A stretch of DNA of 64,000 bases from Phoronis australis (Eukaryota > Animalia > Phoronida), in contig NMRA01000182.1 in the NCBI GenBank assembly GCA_002633005.1, positions 541,768 through 605,767 on the forward strand, written 5' to 3'. Under the pieces are notes generated by a model. That model saw only the letters and a list, made by a program, of their open reading frames with translations, was not told where the DNA came from and ran no database searches. Position numbers and translations under genes: made by a program. This document shows, piece after piece, positions 12,181 to 27,424 of this stretch. Position 1 is the stretch's first letter; each line of letters opens with the position of its first letter.

Positions 12181-14432
12181 TTAAACATGTAAACCAGGTA
12201 ACAACTTACGCAACAGATGTATTATCAGTACACATGACATCATGTGGTAAAGTCCCACATTATTTCATTACAGGTCTGTTTTTCATTTGGATAGTGCATT
12301 ATAGAATAAATAATGCTATAAACATCCTTTAAATTTATTATGTACTTATAATAACCGGATTTAAATTTCTGCCGTTCTGTACACAGATGTATGAGCATTT
12401 GTTGGGGTTAACGCCCTGCCAGCATTACTCTGAAACTAGAAAAAACGGGGTCAACAGTAAAGTGCTTGAAACCACGATTTGCCTTATTTTGACAAGTGAG
12501 TACATTGTCAGCATCATAAGCCTTTTTATAGCATTGCATATCATAACTGTGAAGTCAATATCCCAAAAACGAGAAAAACAAAATTTTCGTCTTAGCTCCA
12601 CAGACATGATTGTTTGTATAAACATATACCCAGCGCCAGTGTGTCATGTCCACCAACATGCTAAGCTCTTGTATAATTGTGCCAAGTGCGAGCTTCTCTG
12701 ATATCCCACGGGAAAGTGAAAAGAGACACAGTGTGTTCAAGTGATGAGTTTTCACAACCATCACAAATGAAAGCCATACCTCACCATTCTTCATTATGCC
12801 ATAATCTATGGGAAAATGAGGAGCAATATGTGATAACTATTGAATATGACTTTAACGTTGCGATTGGTTTTCCCGATTGCTCAAGATCAGTTAATTAAAA
12901 TATTGTCTTGTACTGTTTGTGTTGTAATTTGACATCTGGTTTCCTGGTAGGGATGTTTTTTGATGTTTTGGATATGAATTTGGTTCTTAAAAGCTTAAGG
13001 CGTTGGCAAACAGAATTCTTCATAACTACAGAATATGTAGTTAACTCATTTCTTTGTAATTATCATGCACAATCCACCATAAACAAAATCGCTTCTGGCT
13101 TGGGTTAATTACCCACGCATTCATTGTGCCAAATAATTCTCAGCTGAAGTCGCGTAATTGCAAAATACGTGAACATAACAATTGAAAAAGTTCTTTTCTT
13201 ATTTCTTTGTTATTGTTTTGGTCAGATAAACATCACATGCCTTCTAGATTTGCAAAAGAGTACCAAAATAATTAGATTGACCTACTTTAAGTGAGGTCAT
13301 GCTGAACAGGTCACTATAACAAAAATGCTATTTGTGGGTGTATTTTTGTTCTTTCTTAACTTGTTTTTGGTTAGTAACCTATCTGGCCGTATCTTCCAAG
13401 GCTAAGGGGTTGTGTTGTTTATTGGCAATGCTTATACTGACTAGATCTTACTAATATTGCCGTTTGCAACCAATGGTGCTTTTGGCTCGATGGTTTATGG
13501 AAAAAACCCACCAACATTCCTGCAGACTCCTAACTACCTCACTATCAACACTGACCAATTGTGTGGTAGGCCCCCCATTGTGGTTTGTTGGCAATGGATA
13601 AGTTGGAATGTGTTTTTAGAATTCACTGATTGCAGTAAATGTACATTCAGGTATAAAAGTCCTATGAAATATCAACTTGGTTTCTGAAGAATGTTCTGTT
13701 GGTTGTCACCGGTAAGAGAATGGTGTGCAGTTTGGCAATTAAATGATAGTAAATGATTGCCTGTAAATAACTTAATGTCACAACTAATAACTGGGGTTGG
13801 GTATCATTAAACCAGGTTCTTTGTGTTTGAACATTTAAAGTTCTGTGTTGGACATTGCATATTACAAAATGGCCTTGGTGCAAGCTAAGGGTTGACAATG
13901 AGTTTTAAAATGGACATGCTGTTATCACAGATTTTAGTAGCCTAATTCATCAAAAAAGTGAAAAACATATTTTGCAACTTTATCTTAGCGCCTTCATCTG
14001 ATGTGCATGGGTGTGAAATTGCATGTCATCTTTCAACAAAGACTTTACAATTTGCTCAGAAACTTCAATCATCGTGAATAGATGATTTGGATACTTTGGA
14101 TGGTCTATCAGGAGCAAAGTGCGTTATGAGGCCCGATGAATATGGTATATGAAAAATGGGCTAATTGAGTTACATTGATGATGCCTTGGGAATTATGAAG
14201 AATCTGATGCTGTTGAATTTCCTGCCTCTAAGCGGTCATTGGATTGAACATGGTAAGTATATGTTTACGTTTAATGTCACACTGTCAAAGAAGTTGTTTT
14301 GCCGATGTTTGTCTGCCCAACAACATTTTCTGAATGCTAAAAGCTCCCTCAAGAGCATCTGTGCAATGACTTTTTGGTTTTGCCAGATAGGGCTCCAAAA
14401 TCACTAATATGCTCTACTTCACAAAATCACAA

Positions 14433-14700
14433 TTAAGATTATGTAGGACCATAAGAAAAATTCCAAATTTGGCCAACTTTGGAATGTCATATCTCAGAAA
14501 TGGCTGCTCGGATATACATGAAACTTTTGTGCACTGATCTCCAGAGCACTGTTGGATTTGTTTATATAATTTTCCAATTTTGCATGAGAAGATACCAACA
14601 AATTTATGTTTTGAAAAAATGAAAAGTTTTTAGAAAAGTGTAACAGCATTTTTGATCATTTCCATCAAGTGAAAATTAGCCATGTTGTTGATAGTGTAAT
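14433..14700 (+). repeat. Dispersed repeat beginning TTAAGATTATGTAGGACC (Crypton-like terminus; class uncertain)
   Basis: Collinear with 24398-24700 (ttatgtaggacc...aactttggaa...gaaatggctgct...tgaaact...gtaacagcattttt). Confidence 0.55.
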
Positions 14701-17700
14701 GTTTTGGTGTGAATGTATGTTTCTTTTTTGACAAATTTTTCTAAAAAGACAATTGTTCAGTTCATGTGGCCCATTTAATAACAAATTGTCATTAAGTCAA
14801 TTTTTTTCCACAGGCTTTGTACTTTCAGAAAATATATTCTTTTACAAAGTTAAATTCTATAGCTTGTATTGTAGATAACAAAGATGCTATGTATCATTAA
14901 AACTGAATATTTAAATTTGTAACAAGCGCCACCTAGTGACTTCCTTGAGAACTGTGCGTACTTGTAAACAATTTGTAATTAAATTGTGAGAAAACAACCC
15001 AACTGGTACACTTAAAAACAAGTGTGAAGTAGTATTTCCAAATATTACACAATCATTATTTGATAGTGAAATAAACAAATAAAAAACGTTCCTTGTTTCA
15101 TTAGCGTAACGATGAAATGTTGCCATATTCATTTACATAAAAATAATTTCACAAAATGAGACGTTGGCGAGATCGTAATGGTAACTGATTCTCGGATTGG
15201 AGGACCCGGGGTTGTTTGTAAATTAGTTCTTCATTTGCATAATCCCAGTTTAATGAGACTGCATCTTTAAGCTTGTCAGTGAGGTCCTACATTACCTTAT
15301 GGCTACTGTAAACCTGCCTTCCATCACAAACATTGCTTTTTCATTTAGGCCCTGACCTACAATTATGAAATTGGTCTTAAACTATTCCTTTGTCAAATTG
15401 GAAGTGATTTCAAGGCTTCTGAAATTTTATCAGTTTGTTATTGGAAGTTGGTTTATATGACAGTTTTGGATGCACCACGCATGGTTACAATGAGTTATAA
15501 ACTCAGTTTTGTTCAAACCCAGAAATCACTTCTCATCTGAGCAAGTTGACGGAGACCATTGGGGTCCAAATCATTTCGCTTCTTAAATAGAAGGCAGATT
15601 TATAGCTGGTTTAAGGGAAATTTCAAAATGATTTCAAAAGTGAAAAATCTCTAACCAATGTGCTCGTGAAGAAGGGTGATCCTGTGCATGCCATTTTTGC
15701 AAACGCAAAAGGAATCTAACAGTATTCATTATAAAGTTGGCCATTTTCACAGTGTCTTGTACTTTGTTAATCGGTTTGTACAAAAACTCGTCGCCAAGAA
15801 GCCTGTTAACCAGGAACACTGATGGAAAGCCATTTTGTGTTGAGCAGATAAATTACTGCATTGAACAATGAATATCATGGCAACAACACTCTGGCCAAAG
15901 TAAATTGATATATCATGAACTAAAGACTGGTGATTTCAAATTGTTTGGCTTCTGAAATTGAATTCCTGGTGAGAAGTTGTGTTACTGGAAGAAATACTAT
16001 AAAGATTTGCTAGATTTGTGTTAGATTCTGCACATGATGCAAGATTGCGTGTACTTTATTATCAATGGTATGTTACACGCTCAGCATGAGAAATCTTTAA
16101 ACTAATCTGCTTATCTATACCTGATTTTTGAAATAGCCACGCCATATCCTACCAGGCAGCGAACAGGTCTTTGGTGTCCAGGCACCACCCACACATCCCA
16201 TGCAGTGCGGACAGGAGGTTTCAAGCTACACATTTAACAGTGTTTGAGCACCTTTCCTGCTTTGAGAATACTGGCAAATGTTCGCTGATGTGCCATGCAA
16301 GAATTGTACGATAACACTTGGCTTACCTTACTGTGCCTGCTGGTTCGGTAATTGTCCCAAGTATGTTGCGCAGACAGAATTAATGGGAAGCATAATATGG
16401 CAACATTGTACAAAAGTTTTAGGTTGTAGCAGTCATTTCTTGTTCGATTTACCAAATTCAAGATCTAACCACATATACTTTTCATGAACTATTCAAATAA
16501 TTATGCAATTTAGAAACTAACAAAACAAAAATTTTAAAAATACGATTGTCGCCCCTACTGTGTTTATGGTGAGTCTGATTGTCTGGAGAACGATAACATC
16601 AGGAGAACGATAACATCAGGAGCATGAGGTGATGTTAACTGCAACTGCATTGTGTCTGATCACTGCGGCAGATTTCGAGGTATGCAAACCAGTCGAGTTG
16701 CACAATCTTGAGGGTGTCAAGGTAGGATTCTTTTGATGCGGTGGTTGTACTAATAGCTTAAGGAAAAAGGCAAAACTCTTGAAATATCCATGGATGAAAA
16801 CATCATATCCCATACATATCCCATTGCGAAAAAATCCACGGCTGCATAGTCAATGGCGATAAAGCGGGAGAATTTTGATCCCAACAGATGTCAAAAAAAC
16901 TAACTCAATTAGTGAACTTAATGTCGTTAAACAAGGGAAAGGGTTAACAGTGGGATTTATTTCTCTGTTTTTAAATTAATGAATCACTATGTAATAATTG
17001 AATTTCTGTCCACCGAGTCAGGATCAAATGGAAGTCTCACTTTTGCGATATCATTACACTAGAGAGTGCCATTAAGAACAGTCCGCTATTGGAGTTTTGT
17101 TAAGATGAATGTATTAAAGGCAGTACTTGCTCCGACTCAACCTTTCCAAGCATATGTGATCATGCTAAACCATATAAAACAAAAAATTCACAAGTGTGAG
17201 GTATGGTTATGCATGATTTGTCTCCGTGTATTAAAAAACATGTCGAATATGCCCTCTTTCTGTTAAAACAGCTAGGTTAACTTTACAAATAGTTATAGGA
17301 CGTAGGACGTGGGGGAGGAGCTTAGTTAGTACATATTGTCATTGTGCCATTATCTTCCAGTTTCTCTTTGTAATCTGCAGGCTTTGGGGTTTATGTCCAC
17401 TTGTACTGGTAGCAAAATGATTCAAGTCGGTGCTTCTTGTTCTTCAGCATGAATTGGATTGAATCTTTGCAATTTGCCACCAGATATACAGGCAACATAC
17501 TCCAGTTTCAAGGAAGGCTTTCTGTACGTGTGAAGGCAATCAGGCTTACCAGAGCATCATGTTTAGCTCAAGATAAATGAATGTATATATATGTATAATG
17601 TGATAATATTTGTATGTTGAAAATAAACTTTTTGTACAGTTTTAAGTTGTTTCCGTACGATTGAAGAAGACAACCTACATTCTTGGGTATTTTATTGTCA

Positions 17701-20700
17701 TGGTTGATCTGTCATCAAACCAAATTGATGCTCTGAGGGCAGACACTTGGCGAAAATCGTGTTAAAAGTTTGATGCGTGGTAGACAATGTAACTCATGTA
17801 CTGACGATTTCTCAAATCATTCCCAGTTATGCAATCACATATGACAAACACAGTGATGAGGCTGTCACGCAGCCTTTCATCTCTGAACTTATCTACTTAA
17901 GATCAGTTTTCCCATCCATTGTATTAGACTGGAGCATTTGACCCAGTCCTTGTCATCGCGACACTCGTCCGCTGCCAGAGTGAGATCATACATCCTTCCT
18001 CCTATCCTTTTGTGAATTTAAAATATACCACACCCAGATATTGGTCTGAGCCCATTATGTGTGTGATCTAAGCCTTAGTTTCGCTGTAGACTGCAATTCT
18101 TCAGATATGCTGCAGCCTCTTAATGCCTGTAACAGCGAGTCAATAGGGCCGTCCCAGTTTACACAGCGACACTCGAATCTCGCTGTATTTACCCACAATG
18201 CCGTAAACATCCGTTAGACACATTTGCCGCATTGTTTTCGTGCCACTGGACTTTCACATGTTATTTGTTGTTGTTTGATTCTCAACAAGTTTTTCTCGGT
18301 TCTGTTACTCTATTCGTCCTTCCTATGCCAACAAAGTATTACTGCTATGCTGTGGGCTGCCTGTGCAGCTCGGACATGAAAAATTTTGATAAAGTGGACA
18401 AATACCCTTGGATGTGTGATCTAAACTTTGCCTTCCAATATCAATGACAGACACGAAAATGTGCCTGATTTCCAAAACGAGGTTATTCGCTTTCTTATCT
18501 CCAGGACAAAGGAGTGTTCTATCACCATGTAATCCAGAGGGTCCTATCGTTGGTTCAAACAATGAACTGTGGGTAATATCCACCTACCAGTTGCATAGCC
18601 ATGTTATTTGGCTGTAGCTTTTCAATATGAAATTGACGAAATTCCAATTGTTCACTGCCAGATTGACAGCAAACGGGTCTTTACTGCACAAAATTGGTGG
18701 GTTTCATGATGTGAACAATGCTGTCAGCTGAACACTTCATTTCATGGCATTTATCTCCATTCATGAGACAACTCCTATGCTAACATTTGGGGTTTTGTGA
18801 CCCCAACGCTTTGAGCTAATCTTAGCCAGACTGTGACTAACTTGCCCAAATTGATTTTCAAAATTTTTGTTTTAATCATCACTGGCATCGTCAGGAAAAA
18901 AATTGCATGCCAGTTTTTTTTAAACTTCATCATTTCGTTTTTGTAACAAACTAAAAGTATTTTGAAAATTTTTACCCACAAAAATGTAAAAGTAAGGTTC
19001 TGGAGCACTTTTTCCAAAGAATTATCAGTCAGTTTTTGATATAACAGAGATTATAAAGTTTTGATTATCACTAAATGCCCTACTAAAATGGTTACAGAAA
19101 TATATGTGAATCTCTCCTTGATTGAAAGTGGAGGGATTATATGAAACTCAAAACCAGTCTCTAGACCTTTAAACTGCTTTCGAATATTCAGCATACAATT
19201 ATTTCCACTAAATTAGTGTTTGACAACACCTTGAAAAGATATGGTTATGGGCTGTCTGGAGACACCAGTGAAAGATCTGGGTTACCTGCGTAAATGCAGT
19301 GTATTCATGCCACGTAAAGACGTGGATGGCTGGGCCCAGGCCTGATCTGCCCCTGCCATTCCTTAAATGGACTCTTTCCACAAAATTTATGTCCTCATGT
19401 TAAGCCATGATACTTTATCCAAAATGTCCGGCCAGGTCTGAGTACAATTTTTGAAATGTAAACACATTTGGCGGTTATATTGAATGCCACTATATGTTCA
19501 AATGTCAACAAAGTACTCGACCTCCACCTGGATCTTTAGTATACCTAGATTTCAGATGTTTGAAAATGAACGGTGAATACTAACCTTATTCATCATAACT
19601 GATTATTAGGAAAACGACATACCTACCTGAGATTTGTCAGGTTCTCCTTAAAGTGTAACATTTCAAAAAAATTGCTTTCTCTCAACCTGAGAAAAAAGGA
19701 ATTAAGCACAAGGGTTGCTTGTCCTTGATATTGGGATCAGGTCATGTACCAAACCCAGGTACCAAGGTTGTTTACTTTTAGGTTGTTGGCCTTGCATGGT
19801 AATATGAAGTCCTTTTGAAAATTTGTTTATCTTACTTTCACTGAAAAAAGTTATTAGTGATATTTTACAATGCACTTTAAGGGTTTTTGTGAACCTTTGA
19901 AGTTCCTTTTAACGGGAAATGATTTGTACTCGGTACCTCCTTGGTCAATGACTTAGTCAAGACAATGTTTTGTAGCAAACAAACCTTTATCTGCACGCAC
20001 ACAAGAATGTAAATATACCTTTGAAATTTATGGATATGTATTGTACTATTACAACCAGCTTACCTGGCTGATATATAAGTTTGGCCAGAGGACAAACAGT
20101 CAAAACTTACAGTGACTTTCTTGTGAGATGTTAGCTCCTGATTGGTTGAAGGGATCCACTCTGTGGTGATAGGAAACTTGTTCAGTTATGTGAGGCTGGT
20201 CAAAAGAGTACTTTTCCATCGTTGCTTTCAGTGTTGCTGAGACCAGACTGTTCGTAGCTTGGCTAACTTTTGCATAAGTTCAACTACCGTACGCTGGCAG
20301 TTGCTGATAGTTAATTCTGATTGGTCAACTGAACACTTGCGTTGCTGGGGCTCATCACAGGTTTTGATTAATACATTTATTTTGCTTGTCTTTTTACATT
20401 CCTGTTCCTTTCACAGTTTAAGAGTTTAAAATTTAAACGAAACTTGTACATTTCATTTCCTGCATTTATTTTTACTTTTAAAATTAAGCTTATAATTATG
20501 GTAACATGGATATCTCGATGAATATTTTTTCTCATTTGAATTTAATTTTTGCTCTGGCAATTTAAATCGGCTTGACGATTTATTTTATGGACCATGTAGT
20601 TCACTGTAACACTGATGTTACGGTTTTAAAGTTCATGTCAAGTAATTTTTTGATACTTGGCTATGAAAGTCAATTGCAGGATTCTATTGGAAATCATTTA

Positions 20701-22807
20701 TTCAGCCTTTAGGTCAAATGTTGAGTATTCAAGTACTCGGCTTTTTGAAATTATCTATTCAGTTCCATTTTGAAAATGTGCGTCAGCTACGATTTTGGAA
20801 ATACTTTTAAAACTAAAATTATTTTAACTGGTTTGTGTCCATATACTTAACTGTGTTTTCTCGTATTGTTTCTGGGATTGTGGATAGAATACATCAACAG
20901 TTTTAACTTAAGCTTCACAGATGGAAAGGTTTCCCATATTGTAAGCATTTTTAAAAGCCTGATGAAATATGACTAAATAATCACTATGGAATGAATGCAT
21001 TTTTCAGTGTCTTAGGATGTAATTGTTCTTGCCAACTGTCCCACTTTTGGCTGGACCATCCCGCACTTATGTCGATACTGTCACGCTTTTTGAAACTTTG
21101 TCATTGTTAGCTTTTCAACATGCCACGTAATATATGTATTGTATAATTTTGCACTTTACTCTAAAATTTGCCCGTTTGTTAAGTTTCACAGGCATGACTA
21201 AAAACCCCGGGAATTGTTTCTAGGTGTTGATGTGGACATTGGTCCCTTGCGATATGACCTGAATCTAGATGTCTTGCTCTTTCATTTTTTAATTGGCAAC
21301 TGTCTGGAATTGAATTAGTAAATGTATTGCATGGCATTGCTAGTTTAACAGTAGTAAATCCAGTGAATTATTAAATGCCTGATGATTTTGAAAAATAACA
21401 AAATGTTCAATATCTTGTTTATACTGTGTACCCGCTTAGAAGTTGCTTTACTAAAAATATTTTTATTAAAACTACAGAAGAAAGCTTTGATGAACACCTT
21501 TATTTACAAATTAAAAATGAGTTTAAATTGCACATAAGACTAAAACCCCACAAAGAGGTAGCATTCAGAGCAACAAGACAATCTTTCTAAAGTACACAGA
21601 TGACAACCTCCTCCCTACAGTAGTTTCCAAGAATTCTATGAAAAATTATAGGATTCACTTACCTAGTACTCTTAAGAATATACATTTAGAAGTGATGAAT
21701 AAACAGCCTAAACACACTATTTGTGGACCACTGGGATTTGTTTATTTTCTCAATAAAAATATTCCCAAAAATGAGACTCATTTCTGGCATTGCTTGTACT
21801 TGACAACTAAGCACTGCATGAATGAATTAAAATTTAGTCTAGTTCAAGGTAAGATAAAATAAGAATGAAACAATTAAGCTACAAATAGCACCCATGAGCT
21901 TCACTCATACCATGGTAACATGAAGTGTTAACTCACCGTAGTATAGATTTGGCGATGATTTTTGGTCTAAATTGAAAGATATTTTCCCTTTTCAAGACAT
22001 CTGACTGGATACATATTAATTTACTAATTTGTATTGAGTGCTGAAACATGTACAATAATTTTCAATAATTTGAAAGGTTTTACAAATAGTTTTAAGCCTT
22101 TTATAATTTTACACCCCTAAAATTTTGAAAAATCTATTTTTTGAGCTGGTCAACTAGATATTAAAATCGTGTGATAATTTTATTCATTACATCTATTCAG
22201 CAATGCTTTTCACCACCACAAATTCCATTTAGGCGCACTCTTCAAATGAAATTAATTCCGTGTGTTTTCTTTTCGCTATGACACTTTTAAAGCAAAGACG
22301 TGATTTTTGCAGATGTGACTCTTTGTTTCCATGGTAACCTGATGTCCAAGACTGCTTATTGATATGACATCCGGCTGTGGTGTCTACAACTTGGGTTCAA
22401 ATGCTGTTTTTGGGCTATTTGGCTCTCATTTTTCAGTACTTAAGATGTATTGAAAATGCTAACTACGGTAGTCAAAATTAAGTAAAAAATGAAGCGAATT
22501 TCATCCCAAGTGAGAACAGTTACTATGCAGATTCCATTGTGTTCTTTTGTCAATTAATTTGTTTTTCGTAAATTTTATGGCACCAAGCCTTTTTAAATTG
22601 ATTTTAAATAATTAAAAGTATTTTAACCGAACAAAATTACCATTTTTTTCAGTTGGGGCATTTTCGTAATTATGTGCAAAGACAAGTTCTTGGTTTACAT
22701 TAACTTTCCTTGATAAAATAGATCATTTTTCTTTTGATCAGATGATGACATGGTAGAATTTATTTTTATTATTCTATCAAAATACAGGTGCGATATATAT
22801 TTCCTTT

Positions 22808-23056
22808 GACTGCATTTTGCCCTCTTGAGTTGGCTAAAAAACAAGAATTTAGTTAGACGTTTTACTTTCAATAAAAGTAGTCTCGTAATAGTGCTACTGT
22901 GATAGGAATCTATTTCCGTTACCGACAAGAATATCGAAGACATGGTAATGGAAAAAGAATCCTATTACGGCAAGGAATGTGAGGTCGGTTTTATGAGAGT
23001 ATTGGGCCTGAATCGATTCTTGATTGTTAGCGAGCTAAACAGGGCAAAATGTAGCT
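22808..23056. mobile_element. ~250-bp palindromic MITE with a TTAA-flanked right end (Kolobok-like)
   Basis: Left arm ctgcattttgccctcttgagttggctaa...aggaatctatttccgttacc pairs with right arm ggtaatggaaaaagaatcct...ttagcgagctaaacagggcaaaatgtagct|ttaa. A partial copy starts at 49850 (ttaaagctacattttgtcc). Confidence 0.6.
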
Positions 23057-24397
23057 TTAAATATTATGTTGACCATATTGTCAAGTGTTCAAATCAATTG
23101 ATACTAATAAAGCTAAGCTGTTTTATATTTAATTTTTGTACTGAATGTATCTCCCTATTTTTGTCTAATTGTGTATGCTTTTTGTTGTGCTTCCCTTTAC
23201 ATGCCTGCGGTGTCATTGTGACCTATTGCTGTACCTTTTGTTCACCAGGGATTGTCTCAATTGTCAGGGATTCAGCAGTAGCACTCTTTCTTTTCTCTAG
23301 TAAAAAACTTCAGAGCCTGTTTAAGTACTATTTCTTTTTGTAGCATCCTTTAGTCAAATAATTGTAAAATGCTTGTGTATTATGGTAACAAACAGTGGAT
23401 TGGTCAGTTTCACTAAATTTTTGTTTAATATCAACTATTGTAGTGTTTTCTGTGAAATTATATTATCTAAACGTAAATTTTGTAAAACAATCTTGAGTAT
23501 GAAATACTGATCTATTACATTTTTGTAATGTTCTGTTTATGTTCCTTGGTTGTCACCCAATTCACTATTTACAGCATGAGCAAAACTAAAGTGCTTATTC
23601 TTGAGATCTGGTGTACTTTTTATAAACCCAAATCATCCAAACTATTGTAATCTAAAGTTGGTGCCAAGCATCTATGGTACCATGTAGGGAATGTATATAT
23701 TATATGTGTTATGTGATTATAATTGATAGAAAAAATATTCTATATTTTTAATTTTCCTACAAAAACAGTTGGAATTTTAAGAAATGAATGGCTCTAAATT
23801 TGTCATATAATGTTCATTTCCTAGACAATATTCTTTCTGCTCTTGAGAACTATAGTAATCACTTTAGATTTTTCTTTTCCTTACCTATGAATTTTTTTAA
23901 ATTTGTTTATTTAATGAGAAATTTGAAACCTTTTTTCTTAAAATTAAAGTATATGTCTGCAAGTGTCTGAAAGAAGATTTTGGTCTTGTGTAAGAAGTGT
24001 TGATTATTTGACTATATGATTATCATGGAAATGATATCAGTTGACAGATGTCCTTCTCTCAAGTCAGTGCTGGGCCTTTATGAACATAAAATTTCCATCC
24101 ATCTTTACAGAACTGAAGTTTCAAGTGCTGTTATAAAAGTATATAAACAAGAACGTTATTCCTGGTGATTTCATATAGGCATGAAAAAGTTGAGAAGTAT
24201 AAGATAATTTTTGAACATTTGTCAATAATTTTTGTTAAAAATTTGTTTCTATACATTTTGATTGTATATTATCAGGTAATTTACAATTAAAATGGTCTCA
24301 ATGCCTGTTAAAGGAAATATAGTTCTTCAAAGACAGCTCAAATATTTATAAAAAAGGTTCTACTTGATAGAGACAGAAAATAATTGAACTGGTCCTT

Positions 24398-24700
24398 TTA
24401 ATGTTATGTAGGACCCTCGAAAAATGGCCAAATGTGGCAAACTTTGGAACATCATGTCTCTGAAATGGCTGCTTGGATTCATGTGAAACTGTCAGACACC
24501 ATACTTTTATGCTGCTTTCAAAAAACGCTGTTGCGTCGTGTTTTTAAAATTTTTCACTTTTGCTTGAAAATAGGATTTTTGGGTTTTCAAAAGTGGAGTA
24601 AAAGAAAATGAAAATGAAATAATTCAAAAAAATGTAACAGCATTTTTTGAGATTTCATTTTGAACATTTACATCCAACAAAATTTGGTCATGTTAATGAT
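24398..24700 (+). repeat. Second copy of the TTAA..TTATGTAGGACC dispersed repeat
   Basis: Homologous to 14433-14700; includes the inverted pair caaaaaacgctgttgc / gtaacagcattttttg. Confidence 0.55.
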
Positions 24701-25744
24701 TTTGTTACTCTGCTATAGTTGTACCTTTTTGTAGGTATTTGGCTAAATTCACCTACAAGTTGACAAGGTCTTCCATAACCTTAAAAGATTACTGAGCTAA
24801 ATTTTTTAAAAAATGATTGTAATTTTGGATAATTTCGATGCTTGAATGGACGATTTTTGGTTTTGACCTCTTTATCTTGTGCTGTGTCTGTCTGTTGCTG
24901 ACCAAATTATTTTGTGACATTTGAACTGCAAGGGTTAAAAGCCTTTTCAATCACATTGAATACCCTGTGAAAAGGAACAATACTTAAATGTCTAGCCCTG
25001 AACCCATTTCCCAGGTCAACTCCTGTGCTATAGGTCTGGTGTATGTAACATTTATGTTGTACTATATATTTTCTACTACAGTTTGATGCAATGAATAGAT
25101 AGAATTGTAATGCTATTTTTCAGATATTTAAAAATATACTCTGTCACCAATTGCAAACTAACTAGATGTGAATTGGTGTAAAAAGTGAGTCTATTTCACT
25201 TGTTTTGAACAATTTTAATTCTGTGATATGGAGATTAACCAAAATCTTTTGATTTAGAACGTTTTGGCTGGACATTTTTGCTGCCATCGTCAGGTGTAAG
25301 AGCATTCTCAGAACAAGCCAGCATATTTAATACACTCACGGATTGTATTTTTCCTGGTGGACGGCAGTGTTTTATTATGGAATCTTTAGGTTGTCAGTCC
25401 AACACTTGTCATGGATAGGGAAAAATATATTTTAAGTCACCACCATAAGAGTACTAAATACCCATACTCATTATAAGATTTTTGTGACACCTGATGATGG
25501 CCGTAGAAATGATTGTAATCTTGTGCTATGTAGATTGGCTAGAGGTTGGTTTTCATAGAGCATCACACCACTCAAAATCACCTCTCACAGCAGTTTTGGG
25601 AAGTTGTTAAAAAATTTACTGTGGATTCTTTAAACTTGTAATTTCTTCCTATTTGTTTGAGGTGATATTTTTCGTTTTTACAAAAAAGCATTTCCAACAA
25701 CATAGTTTATTCCTAAATATACCATCAGTGTGACGCATGCATAT

Positions 25745-26140
25745 TTATTATGTGCCAACACGTACATATATACGTAGGCGCATTATGCCGTTATCCCTGT
25801 CCGTCTGTCCAGCGTACCTCTGGCATTCGTCCGGCGTCTTGACATTCGCTGCTGTATCTCCAAAACTCCTGGATGTTAATGAAATGTTCCTATAATTGAT
25901 GAGACAACTCGAGTGAATTTTCTGAGGGATCTGACTACCGGTGTGCCCCTTGTGGTCTTTTTGTTGTTTTTGTTTCTGCTTTATTGTTCCCTCTATTCAA
26001 ATTGCTTGAAAATCAGGATGAAAGTTGGTAGTTATGTTCCTATTGAGGAGGGCTGTGCCGACTTGCTTTGCACCCTTTAGAGGCTATTTTGAATTTACTG
26101 GCATGTTGCTCCCTATCAGTGCAATTAGGCACTACTTCTC
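25745..26140 (+). mobile_element. Old degenerate relative of the HINE-like family
   Basis: tatgtgccaaca...ggcgcattatgccgttatccctgtccgtctgtcc and ctgactaccggtgtgcccct match the 5' end and first unit of 52285-52500. Right boundary approximate. Confidence 0.6.
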
Positions 26141-27342
26141 GTTTCTCAACCAGCAACAACGAATGCTTCTCACCAGTTGGGATTACAATAGTGATTTTCC
26201 ACAGCGTTGGGTACTTTGATGAAAGGCCTCTTGTGTTTGGAGGGTTGGGAAACTGAGATGGCTGTCAGTGATAACCACTGCCTGTTCTTACCCTTCCTTT
26301 AGACACTGCGACTATAAAAACTGAATCCGTCATTGAAAGTTCAGCCTTTTCATTGTTTGAATGGCAAAAATCAGTTAACAACAACAAAAGAACAGGGAAA
26401 TAATGCACATTGCAACTGCTGCTTCTTTGTTGACATGTCCAAACCTATAGTGTGTAACCTGTCTGTGCAAGGCAATGGGGCATGTACAGCTCTGTTTGTC
26501 AGAGTGATCTTTTACCCCCAAAGAATGCAGTGAAATTTGAATGTCTGATGGGGAATGTTTCAAATGATGAATATCCCTTGTGTCTGCACTGTATGCCTGG
26601 CACTGTGTACATGCCTTAACCTACCTGTTGCTTTTTTTGAAAACGCTGAGGAATAAAGTTGGTAAATCATGATCCTTTTTTGATTCAAGTGATTCGAACT
26701 GTCTTGACAATTCTCACAAAAAATTTAATGCAGATGTATTGGAGGTTTTTTGAAAAGCAATTTGTTGATATTCCAAAGGTTGTAAAGGTTCGATTGTGGC
26801 TCAAAACACTAATGGTTAATGCTTACAGAAACTCTAAAACTCTATGATTATAAGTGGAGGGAACTACACAAAGCTTATCTATAGGCCTCAGTACAATGGG
26901 CAGTGAGAAAAATCCAAAGTTCACTCAGTGCACAATAGGAAAAATTAGCACCAGGTAACCCCTAAAGGGATGGTAGAAATAATCAATAGTCATCTACTTA
27001 AAAATCAATTATTTCTAAACACTATTAAGTTAGTGAATTTTTAACAAGGGTGGAATAAAATTGTAACTCTTCTCAGAAATGTGTGTTGTTGCGTTTTAAT
27101 ATTGTGTGTACCTGTTAATATCGTGACAGGGTTTAAATTTTGAATCGGGCAGTAAACATGATTAACATTTCTTTTAAACTCGAGGCCTCTCCTGTATAAG
27201 TGCATATTTTTGAAATGTCAAAACATGCTTTACAAGGTCTATTTGCTTATTAGTTTAAACCTGTCTGAACTAGTTTTTATTGTTTGGCTGCCTTACCCCT
27301 GTCTGTTCTCACTTCAGAGATGTGTGTTGTTCTCTAGAATAA

Positions 27343-27344
<2 letters not shown>

Positions 27345-27418
<74 letters not shown>
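27345..27418. repeat. (AG)n microsatellite, ~37 units
   Basis: Perfect dinucleotide run. Confidence 0.98.

Positions 27419-27424
<6 letters not shown>

Noticed and set aside
13990-14260. SYIDD as a DIRS/RT catalytic motif remnant
   Set aside because: Flanking RT motifs cannot be recovered convincingly in any frame.
15163-15215. tRNA/SINE-like A- and B-box sequence
   Set aside because: B box is incomplete and no cloverleaf forms; at most a decayed SINE head.
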